From a virus (Duplodnaviria; Caudoviricetes), in IMG/VR virus record IMGVR_UViG_3300030330_005139: a stretch of 64,000 nucleotides of DNA, one strand, 5' to 3'. Under the pieces are notes generated by a model that worked only from the letters and a program-made list of their open reading frames with translations, searched no databases and was not told the DNA's origin. Each line of letters begins with the position of its first letter. Position 1 is the stretch's first letter. Of this stretch, positions 53,981 through 64,000 are shown one piece after another. A program made the translations under genes and the position numbers.

Positions 53981-56146
53981 ATGGCAGATCCAAAGAAGTC
54001 AAACAAAATGTCCATCTCAGGTAACTCTGAATCGACTTCTGCTGCCAAGAAGAAAGGTATAAACTCAGTAAAAAGTAAGGCAACATCAACGGATATTGTG
54101 GATGTTGATGAGAATGTCGCAGAAGTAATTGGCATTCAAGACAACTTTGACCTATCATATGGGGAGTACAGAACTCTCCTAAAAGAAGCTGCTATCAGGG
54201 GAAGAGATGACAATTCACCAATTGATGGAGAAACAACAGAGAAGATCACACAAGAATACAGGAGAATAAAGGGAAAGGAAGGACAGATTAGACCTAAGGT
54301 AAAGAAGGTTTCCTTCCAAAAAGTATTCAATACAAAACCACCAAAGGTAGCTGGACTGATTGGTGGATCTTCTTCTCTTGCACTGAGATCACCAGATGCT
54401 CTGAAAGAAAAAGAAGAAAAAGAAGAAGACAAAAAAGAGATGATGATGGACAAGTATGTCTCATCATCTCTTACAAAGATAACAAAGAACATCTTTGACA
54501 TTGAGAAAGTTGTTGTTACTATCTTAGGGGACGAAAAGACAAAAGCAAAAAGAGATAATCAGGCAATCCGCGATGCAAAGAGGAAAGAAAAAGAAGAAGC
54601 AGGTGAGAAGGCAGTTGCGAAAAAATCTAAGAGTTTCTTGCAAGGCTTCAAGCCAAAGATTCCTTTCATGGATCAAATCAAGACGTACTTTGGAAACATC
54701 CTTGCTGGTGGAGCAGTCTTAGGATTGTTGAATTGGGTCAATGATCCTGAGAATCAAAAAAAGATTGATTCATTTACAACATTCTTACAGGATTCTGTTC
54801 CAGTAATTTTGGCTGGGTTTGCTGCCTTAATTGCTTTTGATCTTGGAATGAAACTTCTTGGATTTGTGAAGCTTTTTGTTCCTGTCCTAACAACACTTAT
54901 AGGGTTTATGATGAATCCTGCTGTGCTTCTTGCCCTTGCTGGGATTGGAGCTGCGATTCTAATTGATAAAGGTGTGGATATGGCCAGAGATGCACGAGAA
55001 GGTGCAGAGGCCCAAAAAGATCATGATGCACTCAATCAACAGCTGAGAGATGCAGGAATGACTCCAAGGGGGATGAACATCTCGTCAGACATTGGTGAAG
55101 GTGAAGATGGAAGAACACCAGCACAGGAAGCAATCTACCAAGAAGTTCAGAAAAGAAGAAAAATACTTCACAAATATAGTGAGGGTATGAGATCGGAGTT
55201 TGATGCTGTCGATCGTCTAAGACGAGAGCAAATCGAAGCAATTCAGGAAAAAGACTCGAAGTATACTATTAAGAATGTTTATGGTAATCGTGTTCTTACA
55301 GAGGAGGGAGAAGCAGAAGTAGAAAGAATCAAACAAGAAGCAGAAGAAAGGAAAAAGAAAATTCGAGAAGAGTTTGATAAGGAAGTTGCAACTCCTGGTA
55401 GTGTCATGAGGGGTGGTATTTCACTCACCGACCAAGTCATGGGAACTGGTGAGGTTACCACTGAGAGAATTGATGAGCGACTGAGCGCAGCGGAGAAAGC
55501 AAAAAAAGGAAGTAATACCAGAACAAGAGTTCCCGGTGTTGGGTCGATTGTCGCTGGAAGGAATTTCTTTGGTATTGCTGAAACGAAATACTACAATGTG
55601 AATGGAGAGCAAATTAAGAAAGAAGAATTCGATAAACTGGTTAAAGGTGTAAAGTCCAGGATAGAGGGTGGAGAAAAGATTACAATTCCATCAGTCACTC
55701 CACAACCAGGTGTTGGTCCTGGATCAGAGAAAGAAACCGCAGAAAAGGTTAAACCAAGAACTCTGACTGAAGCTGAATTTACTGAGGCAAGAAATAATGC
55801 TGACATCCTTGATGAATATAATGATGAAATTGGAAATTCAAGAAATTATGAAGAGTATTTGAAATCAAAGGGTCTCATCGTCCCTAGGGATGATAAAAAG
55901 ATGGGAGTGGATGCAGAAGAACTTCCAATTGCTCCAGTACAGAAGACACAACCAGCCCCAGATCCTCCTGGAGTAACTGATAAGGATGATGTGACTGTTA
56001 TGCCTGGACCAGAAGCTGGTCCCAACGCATCGACTGCTTCATCCCAACCAGCAGCTGATGTTGCCTTCTTCTCGTCTGAGGACACTGGTAATGATTCAAT
56101 TCTTGGTGTGAAGGGTCTCTATAATGTAACGGCGGTGGCAGCATGA
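53981..56146 (+). CDS. Baseplate hub / tape-measure-like protein (gp29-like)
   Basis: Long helical protein with hydrophobic segments, directly after gp26/gp51. Confidence 0.6.
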   Translation: MADPKKSNKMSISGNSESTSAAKKKGINSVKSKATSTDIVDVDENVAEVIGIQDNFDLSYGEYRTLLKEAAIRGRDDNSPIDGETTEKITQEYRRIKGKEGQIRPKVKKVSFQKVFNTKPPKVAGLIGGSSSLALRSPDALKEKEEKEEDKKEMMMDKYVSSSLTKITKNIFDIEKVVVTILGDEKTKAKRDNQAIRDAKRKEKEEAGEKAVAKKSKSFLQGFKPKIPFMDQIKTYFGNILAGGAVLGLLNWVNDPENQKKIDSFTTFLQDSVPVILAGFAALIAFDLGMKLLGFVKLFVPVLTTLIGFMMNPAVLLALAGIGAAILIDKGVDMARDAREGAEAQKDHDALNQQLRDAGMTPRGMNISSDIGEGEDGRTPAQEAIYQEVQKRRKILHKYSEGMRSEFDAVDRLRREQIEAIQEKDSKYTIKNVYGNRVLTEEGEAEVERIKQEAEERKKKIREEFDKEVATPGSVMRGGISLTDQVMGTGEVTTERIDERLSAAEKAKKGSNTRTRVPGVGSIVAGRNFFGIAETKYYNVNGEQIKKEEFDKLVKGVKSRIEGGEKITIPSVTPQPGVGPGSEKETAEKVKPRTLTEAEFTEARNNADILDEYNDEIGNSRNYEEYLKSKGLIVPRDDKKMGVDAEELPIAPVQKTQPAPDPPGVTDKDDVTVMPGPEAGPNASTASSQPAADVAFFSSEDTGNDSILGVKGLYNVTAVAA

Positions 56147-58146
56147 TAGGAATGGTCCCTGGGAGTTTAGCTAAAGGTCTTCTTGGTGGAAGTGCCAAGA
56201 AGTCTTCGGTGCAGGGTGCAAGTCGAGCAATCGTCAGACAAACCAAACAAGACGGAGAAGAACGAGCGAAAGAGAAACCAAAGGCAATTCCTGTAAAGAG
56301 ATCATCTCGTTCATCAGGTGGGATGAGTCTGGCTAAATTCACAGGAACATCTAGACCTGAGGAGAAAGTTGAGAAGATTCAAGTCGAAGAAGAGGGAGAT
56401 GAAAAGGTTGCCTCTTCTTTGACATCTCTGGACAAAGCCACAAAGTCTCTCAAGGAGTCCATGGTGGCTCTTGTTACCTTTAGGAGAAAGCAGGATAAGG
56501 AAATAGAAAAAGAAGAGAGAACTGCAACGAGAGAAGCAAAAGAGAAAGGGTTTGAAATTGGAGTTCCTGGGTTCGTTCGCAAAGCCGTACAACCACTCAT
56601 CAATAGGACGATGGATTATCTCAAGAACATTCTGATTGGTGGAATCATTCTTGCCATTGTTCAGAATCTTGAGAAGATCATCGATTACATTAAAGAACTT
56701 TGGAATGAAACTCTTAAACCAATTTTTGAATGGATGAACAAATGGATCTTCCAACCAATATGGACTGGATTGAAGTGGATCGTGAATGAAGGAGTTCCAA
56801 TTGTTAAAGAAATCTTAGCGCATCCTATATCACAAACGGTAATTGATGGGATTAAGGCTGGTCTTGATAAGATCAGTGAAGTCTTTCCAATCTTTGAAAA
56901 TTTGGTCAAAACATTCACCAAGGGTGGCAACGGTCAAGGTGGAGGCAGTGGCACATATGATACGTCATCTGGGGGTCTTTTGGCTGGAGGTGGTGTTGAT
57001 ATGGGATCAGCTGCGAAGAAACAAATCTCTGAAGCGGGATTTGGTGAATCTGAATTCACCTTGTTTAGAGACGCAGTTGCACAAATTGAATCTGGTGGTG
57101 AATATGACATCCAGGGTGGATCTGGTGACATGTATGCTGGTAGATATCAGATGGGTGCAGCTGCAAGACAGGATGCCGCAAGATTCTTAGGTGAAGAATT
57201 CCAAGGAGACAGTGAAGCAGCAAGAAAGAGATTCAGAGAAGATCCTGCAATGCAGGAGAGATACTTCGCTGCTTACACCAGAGCCAATCATCAGACTCTG
57301 ATGAGGAACAAGACTTATGCGGCAATGAGTAATGAGCAGAAACTCCAAGTTCTTGGTTATGCCCATAACGCTGGAGCTGGGAATGCATTGAAGTGGATGC
57401 AACAGAACATGAGAGGAAGTTTTGAGGATGGGTTTGGTACAAAGTCCTCAAAGTATGCAGACGCCATAAGAAGAGCTCAAGAACAAAGAAGACAACCACT
57501 GCCACCATCCATGAGATCAAGGGGTACAACACCTGTTGCTGGAGAGAGTATTGTGTCAAGTGACATTAAGGATTTTAGAAAGTTTAGAACCTCAATGGGT
57601 GGAAGTGCCACAAGACAACCAACTGCTAACCCTGATTATTATCAGATCAGAGAAATGGGTGTTTATGGAAGTGGTAATTATAATATTAGTCCTTTGGCTG
57701 ATGACACCAATTATGAGATTGGACTACACAAAGGTGCAGGACACCATGAGAACAGAGCCTTTGACATTCCAGTCCCTCCCAATTCTGCACAGGGTGACAG
57801 AGTTGCAAAGTTCTGGAGAGATCGTGGATACACAGTGATTTGGAGATCAGCTGGTCACTATGATCACGTTCATGTGGAAGTTCCGAAAGCGAGAGCTGAA
57901 GAGTTCTTCAAAGTGATTCCAGAACTTCAAAAACCAGTTCCTCCAAGTGACAGAGCGAAGAATGTTTCAACCGAACCCTCTTACAGTAAAACTAAAAATA
58001 CTGTTGTGGTTGCATCCAACCCTCCAGCAACACCAGTTGTTATTAATGGGGGTGGTTCAGGTCTTCCCGCCTCTGGCGGTTCTGACAAAAAGGCGTTAAA
58101 TAGTCTTATGAGACAAAGAGCAAATAGTCAACTCTATTCCGCATAA
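56143..58146 (+). CDS. Tail-associated protein with lysozyme-like and Zn-peptidase-like domains
   Basis: AQIESGG.Y..AGRYQ (muramidase-like) and H..NRAFD..GHYDHVHV (M15-like). Confidence 0.7.
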   Translation: MIGMVPGSLAKGLLGGSAKKSSVQGASRAIVRQTKQDGEERAKEKPKAIPVKRSSRSSGGMSLAKFTGTSRPEEKVEKIQVEEEGDEKVASSLTSLDKATKSLKESMVALVTFRRKQDKEIEKEERTATREAKEKGFEIGVPGFVRKAVQPLINRTMDYLKNILIGGIILAIVQNLEKIIDYIKELWNETLKPIFEWMNKWIFQPIWTGLKWIVNEGVPIVKEILAHPISQTVIDGIKAGLDKISEVFPIFENLVKTFTKGGNGQGGGSGTYDTSSGGLLAGGGVDMGSAAKKQISEAGFGESEFTLFRDAVAQIESGGEYDIQGGSGDMYAGRYQMGAAARQDAARFLGEEFQGDSEAARKRFREDPAMQERYFAAYTRANHQTLMRNKTYAAMSNEQKLQVLGYAHNAGAGNALKWMQQNMRGSFEDGFGTKSSKYADAIRRAQEQRRQPLPPSMRSRGTTPVAGESIVSSDIKDFRKFRTSMGGSATRQPTANPDYYQIREMGVYGSGNYNISPLADDTNYEIGLHKGAGHHENRAFDIPVPPNSAQGDRVAKFWRDRGYTVIWRSAGHYDHVHVEVPKARAEEFFKVIPELQKPVPPSDRAKNVSTEPSYSKTKNTVVVASNPPATPVVINGGGSGLPASGGSDKKALNSLMRQRANSQLYSA

Positions 58147-59435
58147 TGGAGAATCCAAACACAGGTGCAGGTAACATAAAGAAGTTCCAAGTCACCAACA
58201 ATCGAACTGGTAACTCTGTGGATCTCTCTGCAGGTATTGTTGAGTATAGTTTTTACGAGAACGTTCTCTCAAACAATATTACTGCACGTGCTATTGTTGT
58301 TGAAACTGGTAACCAAGATCAAGGTGCTCAGGACAGCACCATTGATGGACTTCCCATCCGAGGTGGTGAGAAGGTCGTCATTGAGGTTGAAGATGCCACA
58401 CAACAACCCATCACTCTTCGTAATCCTTTGAGAGTTAATAAGATTGGTAAGGCGACGCCTGGAACAAGACAGGATGTTTATGTTCTTGAGCTTGCAACCG
58501 ATGAGTATCATTTGAATGAGCAGACGAGGGTCACGAAACAATATCAAGGAAAGATCTCCGATAATGTAAGAACGATCCTTACAGAGGTTTTGAAGACAGA
58601 GGAACCCCTTGACATTGACGAGACAGCTCTGGATATGAACTTCTTTGGTAACACCAAGAAACCATTCTACACTGTGACATGGTTGGCATCAAAGTCAGTT
58701 CCAGACTCAAGTGTTGGTGACACAGCTGGTTATCTCTTTTACCAAACAAGAGATGGTCTGTTCTTCAAATCAATTGACAAGTTGTTTGAACAAGAACCAA
58801 CTAAGAAGTATTTTCTGAATGACACACAAGCTCTTCCACCTGGTTACGATGCAAAGGTGTTGAAGTATAATATTGGAAGTAACATCGATCTCCACACTCA
58901 ACAATCAATCGGTGCTTACAACAACAGAAGCATCTACTTTGATTTTTATGCAATGAACTATAAGGTTGTTGATTTTAGTATTGAAGAACAAGAGGGAAAG
59001 GCAAAAACAGCTGGACCAGATTACATCAATGTTGATGAAGAGTTTGTGGCGGAACCCACCAGACTTTACAATCACATTCTTGATGTTGGTGTCAATCCTC
59101 CTGGTTCTGGTGATGATCAACTGAGGAATCAGAAAAAAGATCCAACTGCACCAAACTACAAAGCAGAAGACACAATGGTTCAGACCATTATGAGATATAA
59201 TCAGATGTTCACTGTTAGGGCTGATATTATTATTCCTGGTGACTTTACTATCAAGTGTGGAGACATCGTTCAATGTGACTTCCCACAACTAAAAGGTGGA
59301 AGAGAACAAGAAATAAACAGACAAAGTGGTGGTAAATACATGGTGGCATCTGTTTGTCATCGAATTACAGGAAAGGATACATTGACGAGTCTTGGTTTGG
59401 TTAGAGATTCGTTTGGTAAAGAGGGAGGTTTCTGA
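58146..59435 (+). CDS. Baseplate hub protein (gp27-like)
   Basis: GYLFYQT.DG..FKSID, PGD, SGGKYMV..VCH; precedes gp5. Confidence 0.7.
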   Translation: MENPNTGAGNIKKFQVTNNRTGNSVDLSAGIVEYSFYENVLSNNITARAIVVETGNQDQGAQDSTIDGLPIRGGEKVVIEVEDATQQPITLRNPLRVNKIGKATPGTRQDVYVLELATDEYHLNEQTRVTKQYQGKISDNVRTILTEVLKTEEPLDIDETALDMNFFGNTKKPFYTVTWLASKSVPDSSVGDTAGYLFYQTRDGLFFKSIDKLFEQEPTKKYFLNDTQALPPGYDAKVLKYNIGSNIDLHTQQSIGAYNNRSIYFDFYAMNYKVVDFSIEEQEGKAKTAGPDYINVDEEFVAEPTRLYNHILDVGVNPPGSGDDQLRNQKKDPTAPNYKAEDTMVQTIMRYNQMFTVRADIIIPGDFTIKCGDIVQCDFPQLKGGREQEINRQSGGKYMVASVCHRITGKDTLTSLGLVRDSFGKEGGF

Positions 59436-59437
59436 TA

Positions 59438-62344
59438 ATGATGGACGATTTATTAAGACAACATTTTGTTGGCCGGGATGGATACACCTGGTGGGTAGGA
59501 CAGATTGCTCCTGAGGAGACTTGGAAGAATAACATTCCTGGACAACCAGAACCAGATAACACTTCGATTCTTGGTTTCTCTGAGAGATACCGTGTGAGAA
59601 TCATGGGTTATCACACAGACAGCACATTTGATGTTGCAGACGAGGAACTCCCCTGGGCATACATCATGTACCCAGTCACTGCTGGTGGTGGAGGTAGATC
59701 ATCTTACCAGTCATCCAACATTGCTGCTGGTAACTTCGTCATTGGTTTCTTCATTGATGGACCCAACGCACAACTCCCCATCATCCAAGGAATTATTGGT
59801 AACAATGATTACCAAGAAGTGATGAAGGAGTTGAATGGTGATAAGAGATTTGTCCCTATAACTGGCAACCAACCAGGTGAAAAGGTTTCAACTTTATTGG
59901 TAAAGGCAACTCCTGGTGCTGGAGAAACTGCTCCACAAGAAAACTCAACTGGTGCCACAACCAATAAGGATTACGTTGAGAGCACGACAGGAAATAACAC
60001 TCAGACAGATTTCCAATCTCAAGAGAGTAGGAAAAGCGGTCAAAGGGACAAACCTCTTGCTGAAACACAAGAGTGTGATCCAGCACAAACTGGCAAATTC
60101 CAACAACAGTTGCAAAACGCTCTTCGGGATATTCAAGAGCTCCAGAGGTCAATTTATGACACAAGGAGTGCATTAGCATTGGAGACATCTGACATTCAGG
60201 CAGAGATTGATGCCAAGATTGACGAGGCTTCTAAGTTGATTTCAGGAACAATCAAGAACGGAATCAATGAAGTTGAGGCAGCCATTCAGAGAGAAACCAA
60301 TGAAAAACTAAAACAGGCTTACAACAAGGTCTTCCCTAATGAGATGCCTGGCGTCATGAAGACAACAGAGAAAGTTGTAGACGCACTTGCTTGTGCATTT
60401 AGAGAACAGGTTAATGGCACAGGAGGAACAGTTGCAGATATGTTGGGATTGGCATCAAACAGAATGGTCAACGCTGACAACTGTGCTGCTGAGATTGCAA
60501 TGGGGATCTTGTATGGTATTGCTGTGGGTGGTGCCTCTAAATCACTAGGAGAAGGACTTGGTGATCTCGCTACTGATGTCGTTGATGACACCACTGGGAT
60601 TGTTGGTGACGCCGCTGGTGATATTGTTGGAACTGTTAGTGGTACAGCAGATCAAGCTCTTGGTGCCGCTGGTGACGTTGTTGGGGCTGTTGGTGATCTA
60701 ACATCGGCAATCTCAGATGTCACAAGTGGTGCTAAAAGTTTTGTCAAGGATCCTTTGTCATTCTTGGGTTGTGAAGAGGACCCTAAGTGTAACACAGTCA
60801 CAATTTACAGTCTGTGGAATGGGTCAAAAGTGAGTGGAAAACCTGGCATTTCAGGGGTGATGGACTCAATGAAAAACTCTGTTGATTCTGTAACAGGAGT
60901 TGTTGATGCAGTAACAGGCACCCCAGATGATATTGAAAGTATTTTGAATGAGACTCTGGGAGAATTTCAAAATCTCTTCAATAATCCAAACTGTGATAGT
61001 GGACCCAACAGTGCAAAAGAATGTGGACCACCAACAACCAAGTACATGAACACTGGTGGTGGTTCTGGTGCTTCTGGAAATGTCATTGTCAGTGTAGCTG
61101 GTGAGGTTCTTGGTTACGATCCCATTGATTTTGGAACTGGTTATTCAAAAAACACAACTGCTTATATTGATGACGATTGTGGAACTGGAAGTGGTGCTGT
61201 CGTTAAACCAGTCATTGAAGACTACACCTACACAGATGATGAAGGCAATGAAGTGAAAACCCAAGGTGTTGTTGACCTGATTGTTCTTGATCCTGGAGCA
61301 GATTACACACCAACACCAAATGGAAACAAAGGTGGATTTGGAAGTGTGTGGAAGTATTCAAATGAAACTCTTATCACTCATCCTGATAAAACATTTGACC
61401 CACCCATTCCTCCTGGTTATGAAGTTGAGGTGACACCTGGTGATGGAGTCGAACTCCCACCTGGAACGGAGATTGTCACTGAACCGACCTCACCTAATGA
61501 GACAACTGGTGAAACTGGTGGTGAGACAATCGTTGGTGGAGCCACTCACATCGTCCAACGTCCTGGAATATTTACAACTCCTTTCCCACTTGACAAACCA
61601 GTCGGAGAGAGTTATCCTTCAGAATCAGATGGTGCTTATCCTGTTCTTCTTTATCTTTGTGAGATCATCATTCAGGAAGCTGGTGTTGGTTATCAAACAG
61701 GAGATGAAGTTGTCATTGAACCGTCTTATGGTGCAACCGCAGTCATGGAGGCAGACAATGTTGGAAGAGTAAATAAGGTTAAAGTTACCGCAGGAGGAGA
61801 GGGTTTCAAAGAAATGCCACTGATTTATGTCAGATCGGCAACTGGTTTCAACTCTGTCTTAAGTGCCAAGTTCTGTGTCAGACAGGTTGGCAAGGATGAG
61901 ATGTTCGAACCAGAAACTCAGGAAAAAGTGGTCACAGTCGTTAACTGTGTTGGAGCAAGACCAGTTGGATATGTAAATGGGAAACCATATTATGGTCCAT
62001 TCCACACACATAATGGCAGAAAGATGGTGGGAGCGGTACACACCTCCACTCCTCATGACTTTATTGATGATGTCCCCATCGTCCGAACACCTCTCCCCGA
62101 GGTTGAGGTTAGAAGTTCATCAACAACATCCACACCAGCGTCAACGTCAACAACACCGACACCGACACCCACTTCAACTCCAGTCCAAGCTCCGGTCCCA
62201 ACACCCACTCCAACACCTGCCCCGAGCCCAGCACCTGCCCCGAGCCCAGCACCTGCTCCGAGTCCAACTCCGAGCCCTGCTCCATCACCAAGTCCAAGTC
62301 CAAGTCCATCACCAGGTGGTGGAGGAGGATATGGAGGTTATTGA
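59438..62344 (+). CDS. gp5: Baseplate hub protein gp5 (OB-fold N-terminus), extended
   Basis: WW.G..RYRVRIMGYH..LPWA..V.GFF.DG..Q.P.I.G. Confidence 0.85.
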   Translation: MMDDLLRQHFVGRDGYTWWVGQIAPEETWKNNIPGQPEPDNTSILGFSERYRVRIMGYHTDSTFDVADEELPWAYIMYPVTAGGGGRSSYQSSNIAAGNFVIGFFIDGPNAQLPIIQGIIGNNDYQEVMKELNGDKRFVPITGNQPGEKVSTLLVKATPGAGETAPQENSTGATTNKDYVESTTGNNTQTDFQSQESRKSGQRDKPLAETQECDPAQTGKFQQQLQNALRDIQELQRSIYDTRSALALETSDIQAEIDAKIDEASKLISGTIKNGINEVEAAIQRETNEKLKQAYNKVFPNEMPGVMKTTEKVVDALACAFREQVNGTGGTVADMLGLASNRMVNADNCAAEIAMGILYGIAVGGASKSLGEGLGDLATDVVDDTTGIVGDAAGDIVGTVSGTADQALGAAGDVVGAVGDLTSAISDVTSGAKSFVKDPLSFLGCEEDPKCNTVTIYSLWNGSKVSGKPGISGVMDSMKNSVDSVTGVVDAVTGTPDDIESILNETLGEFQNLFNNPNCDSGPNSAKECGPPTTKYMNTGGGSGASGNVIVSVAGEVLGYDPIDFGTGYSKNTTAYIDDDCGTGSGAVVKPVIEDYTYTDDEGNEVKTQGVVDLIVLDPGADYTPTPNGNKGGFGSVWKYSNETLITHPDKTFDPPIPPGYEVEVTPGDGVELPPGTEIVTEPTSPNETTGETGGETIVGGATHIVQRPGIFTTPFPLDKPVGESYPSESDGAYPVLLYLCEIIIQEAGVGYQTGDEVVIEPSYGATAVMEADNVGRVNKVKVTAGGEGFKEMPLIYVRSATGFNSVLSAKFCVRQVGKDEMFEPETQEKVVTVVNCVGARPVGYVNGKPYYGPFHTHNGRKMVGAVHTSTPHDFIDDVPIVRTPLPEVEVRSSSTTSTPASTSTTPTPTPTSTPVQAPVPTPTPTPAPSPAPAPSPAPAPSPTPSPAPSPSPSPSPSPGGGGGYGGY
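62115..62341 (+). repeat. Pro/Thr/Ser/Ala low-complexity repeat (TP, AP, SP) ending GGGGGYGGY
   Basis: Includes a direct repeat of cctgccccgagcccagca. Confidence 0.9.
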
Positions 62345-62375
62345 CAAATGACAGAACAACTAAGGAGAACGACAA

Positions 62376-62960
62376 GTGGCTGAAAGAAAGAATTGGCACC
62401 AGGTTAGATATGGCACCGCTGAAGGTGAAATAAAGTTTGGTCATCTTCATGATGACAATGAACAGTCTGCTTTCATTGCGAGGAATGGTAGATCAAAGAA
62501 CCATTACATAACACTTGATCAAACTGGTGGACCAAACAGAAAACATGGAACCATCTGTAGGTCTCCTGGGTCATTCCAAGTTGAGGCAGGATCTGCTGTT
62601 CCAGTAGACACTCCTGGCATTGTATTTGATGCCGAAAATGGAGACATTGTGATAAAGGCACCGAATGGAAGAATTCGGATGGAAGCCATCAACGTTGACA
62701 TTCTTGCCATTGGTGGTGATGGTAACAATGGAAACATTCAGATTGAGGCAAATGAAAAGGTTCTTGTAAAGACCAAAGCATTTGATGTTCAATCAAAAGT
62801 CTCAACCAAGATTTTCTCGGAGAAGACAGTTGATGTTATTGGAAACTCAATCTGTAATCTTTATGGTGGAATTCTTGATTGTGCTGATGGATCCACAAAG
62901 GTCATTGGATCCAAAACACCATCAACAAATGAAGAACAAAACAGAGCGAGGACAGCATGA
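62376..62960 (+). CDS. Probable spike protein (gp5 C-terminal beta-helix-like)
   Basis: Periodic beta repeats (AENGDIVIKAPNGRIRMEA). GTG start with AAGGAG. Confidence 0.65.
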   Translation: MAERKNWHQVRYGTAEGEIKFGHLHDDNEQSAFIARNGRSKNHYITLDQTGGPNRKHGTICRSPGSFQVEAGSAVPVDTPGIVFDAENGDIVIKAPNGRIRMEAINVDILAIGGDGNNGNIQIEANEKVLVKTKAFDVQSKVSTKIFSEKTVDVIGNSICNLYGGILDCADGSTKVIGSKTPSTNEEQNRARTA

Positions 62961-63763
62961 AGGTACCTGATTTATATGTTGGTAAACAGTTATTTGTTGG
63001 TCTTGGTAAGGCCACTGCACTTGGAGTGGGAGACGCTGCAATTCGTGGATCTGCTTACCTTGAAGGTCCAACACTAACTGGATCCCCAGTGTTTCCCAAT
63101 GTTTGGGCGACATCAATGATTGGACCCACTGCAAACAGTGAGTCTCCAGTGCCATTCATTCCTGGGTCCCTTTGTTACTCAGGTAAAGCCCCTTGGCCCG
63201 ATTGCCCTGCAAATCCATTTTCTCTTGCTGTTATTGGACCAGCAGCATTTATGGGTCCAGTTAACACTAATCATGATGTGGTTGTTGGTATCGATCTTCT
63301 TGCACAGGGTGAAGTCAAATCCAATTGTGGTGGACATGTTCTTTCAAACAAGAAAGACTTTGACATTCCTCACCCAACAAAAGAAGGGTGGAGACTGAGA
63401 CACACCTGTCCAGAAGCACCTTATAATGATGTTTATGTGAGAGGGAGACTGAAAAACAGTGACACCATTCTTCTTCCAGAATATTGGACTGAGTTTGTTG
63501 ATAAGCAATCAATCACAGTAAACATCACTCCTGTTGGTGCTCCTCAATCAATCTATGTAAAGAGAATTGAGGGAAATAAGATTATTTTGTCTTCACAAGG
63601 TGCAATTCCAATCAACTGTCATTATCATGTGTTTGGTGACAGAAAGGATGGAGACAGGTTGATTCCTGAATATGAAGGAGAATCTCCAGCAGATTATCCT
63701 GGAAACAATGACGAATATTCAATTCTTGGTTATCATTATGACATCAGAGAGGAAAGAAAATGA
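62957..63763 (+). CDS. Tail/fibre protein with intramolecular-chaperone-like C-domain
   Basis: K.FDIPHP..RLRH.C.E.P...VY.RG..LPEYW. Confidence 0.65.
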   Translation: MKVPDLYVGKQLFVGLGKATALGVGDAAIRGSAYLEGPTLTGSPVFPNVWATSMIGPTANSESPVPFIPGSLCYSGKAPWPDCPANPFSLAVIGPAAFMGPVNTNHDVVVGIDLLAQGEVKSNCGGHVLSNKKDFDIPHPTKEGWRLRHTCPEAPYNDVYVRGRLKNSDTILLPEYWTEFVDKQSITVNITPVGAPQSIYVKRIEGNKIILSSQGAIPINCHYHVFGDRKDGDRLIPEYEGESPADYPGNNDEYSILGYHYDIREERK

Positions 63764-64000
63764 GTGAAACACCGGGCTATTCAGAAGCATTTATTCCTGG
63801 GAATACAGGTTCAGACAGTTGCTCTGATGATCAAGTTTGGGGAGACCCATCAACAGTCTATTCTTACATCCTGAAACCCAGGATGAAACCAGAAGATGAG
63901 TGGGATGCTCAATGTGACCCACTTTATCACAAGACAGCAAAGATTGACAGTCTTAGAATCAACACTGACATTCAGGGTCCTGGTGGAAGTGGAGCATTTG
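63760..64000 (+). CDS. Hypothetical tail-region protein (3'-truncated by the window)
   Basis: ATGA-coupled ORF MSETPGYSEAFIPG... runs off the window end. Confidence 0.6.
   Translation, partial: MSETPGYSEAFIPGNTGSDSCSDDQVWGDPSTVYSYILKPRMKPEDEWDAQCDPLYHKTAKIDSLRINTDIQGPGGSGAF

Overview
A 64-kb segment of a T4-like cyanomyovirus (Kyanoviridae-type). The likely host is in the Synechococcus/Prochlorococcus/Cyanobium lineage, judged from petE, talC, phoH, a DUF4278 gene behind glutamine riboswitches and a cyanobacterial-type permuted tmRNA. In order, the window holds: (i) Glu-rich probable internal head proteins, including one with a Cas9-like HNH nuclease domain followed by two DNA methyltransferases and an extra sigma70-type factor; (ii) primase gp61, nrdAB, a GIY-YIG nuclease and two lysozymes; (iii) an RNA cluster with 5 tRNAs, a two-piece tmRNA (tag ANNIVSFNRSLVAA) and three structured inter-tRNA RNAs; (iv) petE, talC and small ORFs; (v) a ~14-kb surface-glycan/nucleotide-sugar cluster; (vi) porin, 2OG-Fe(II) oxygenase, Pol-beta nucleotidyltransferase, glutaredoxin, thyX, phoH, exonuclease, gp33/59/32; (vii) baseplate and tail genes (gp53, 48, 2, 4, 54, 26, 51, 29-like, 27-like, 5). 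The strongest candidates for new biology are a putative virion-delivered HNH nuclease paired with methyltransferases, a phage-borne two-piece tmRNA, and a stack of three -1 slippery sites that would fuse gp26 to gp51 just before the tape-measure-like gene. All product calls come from motifs and synteny read by eye; no database search was run.
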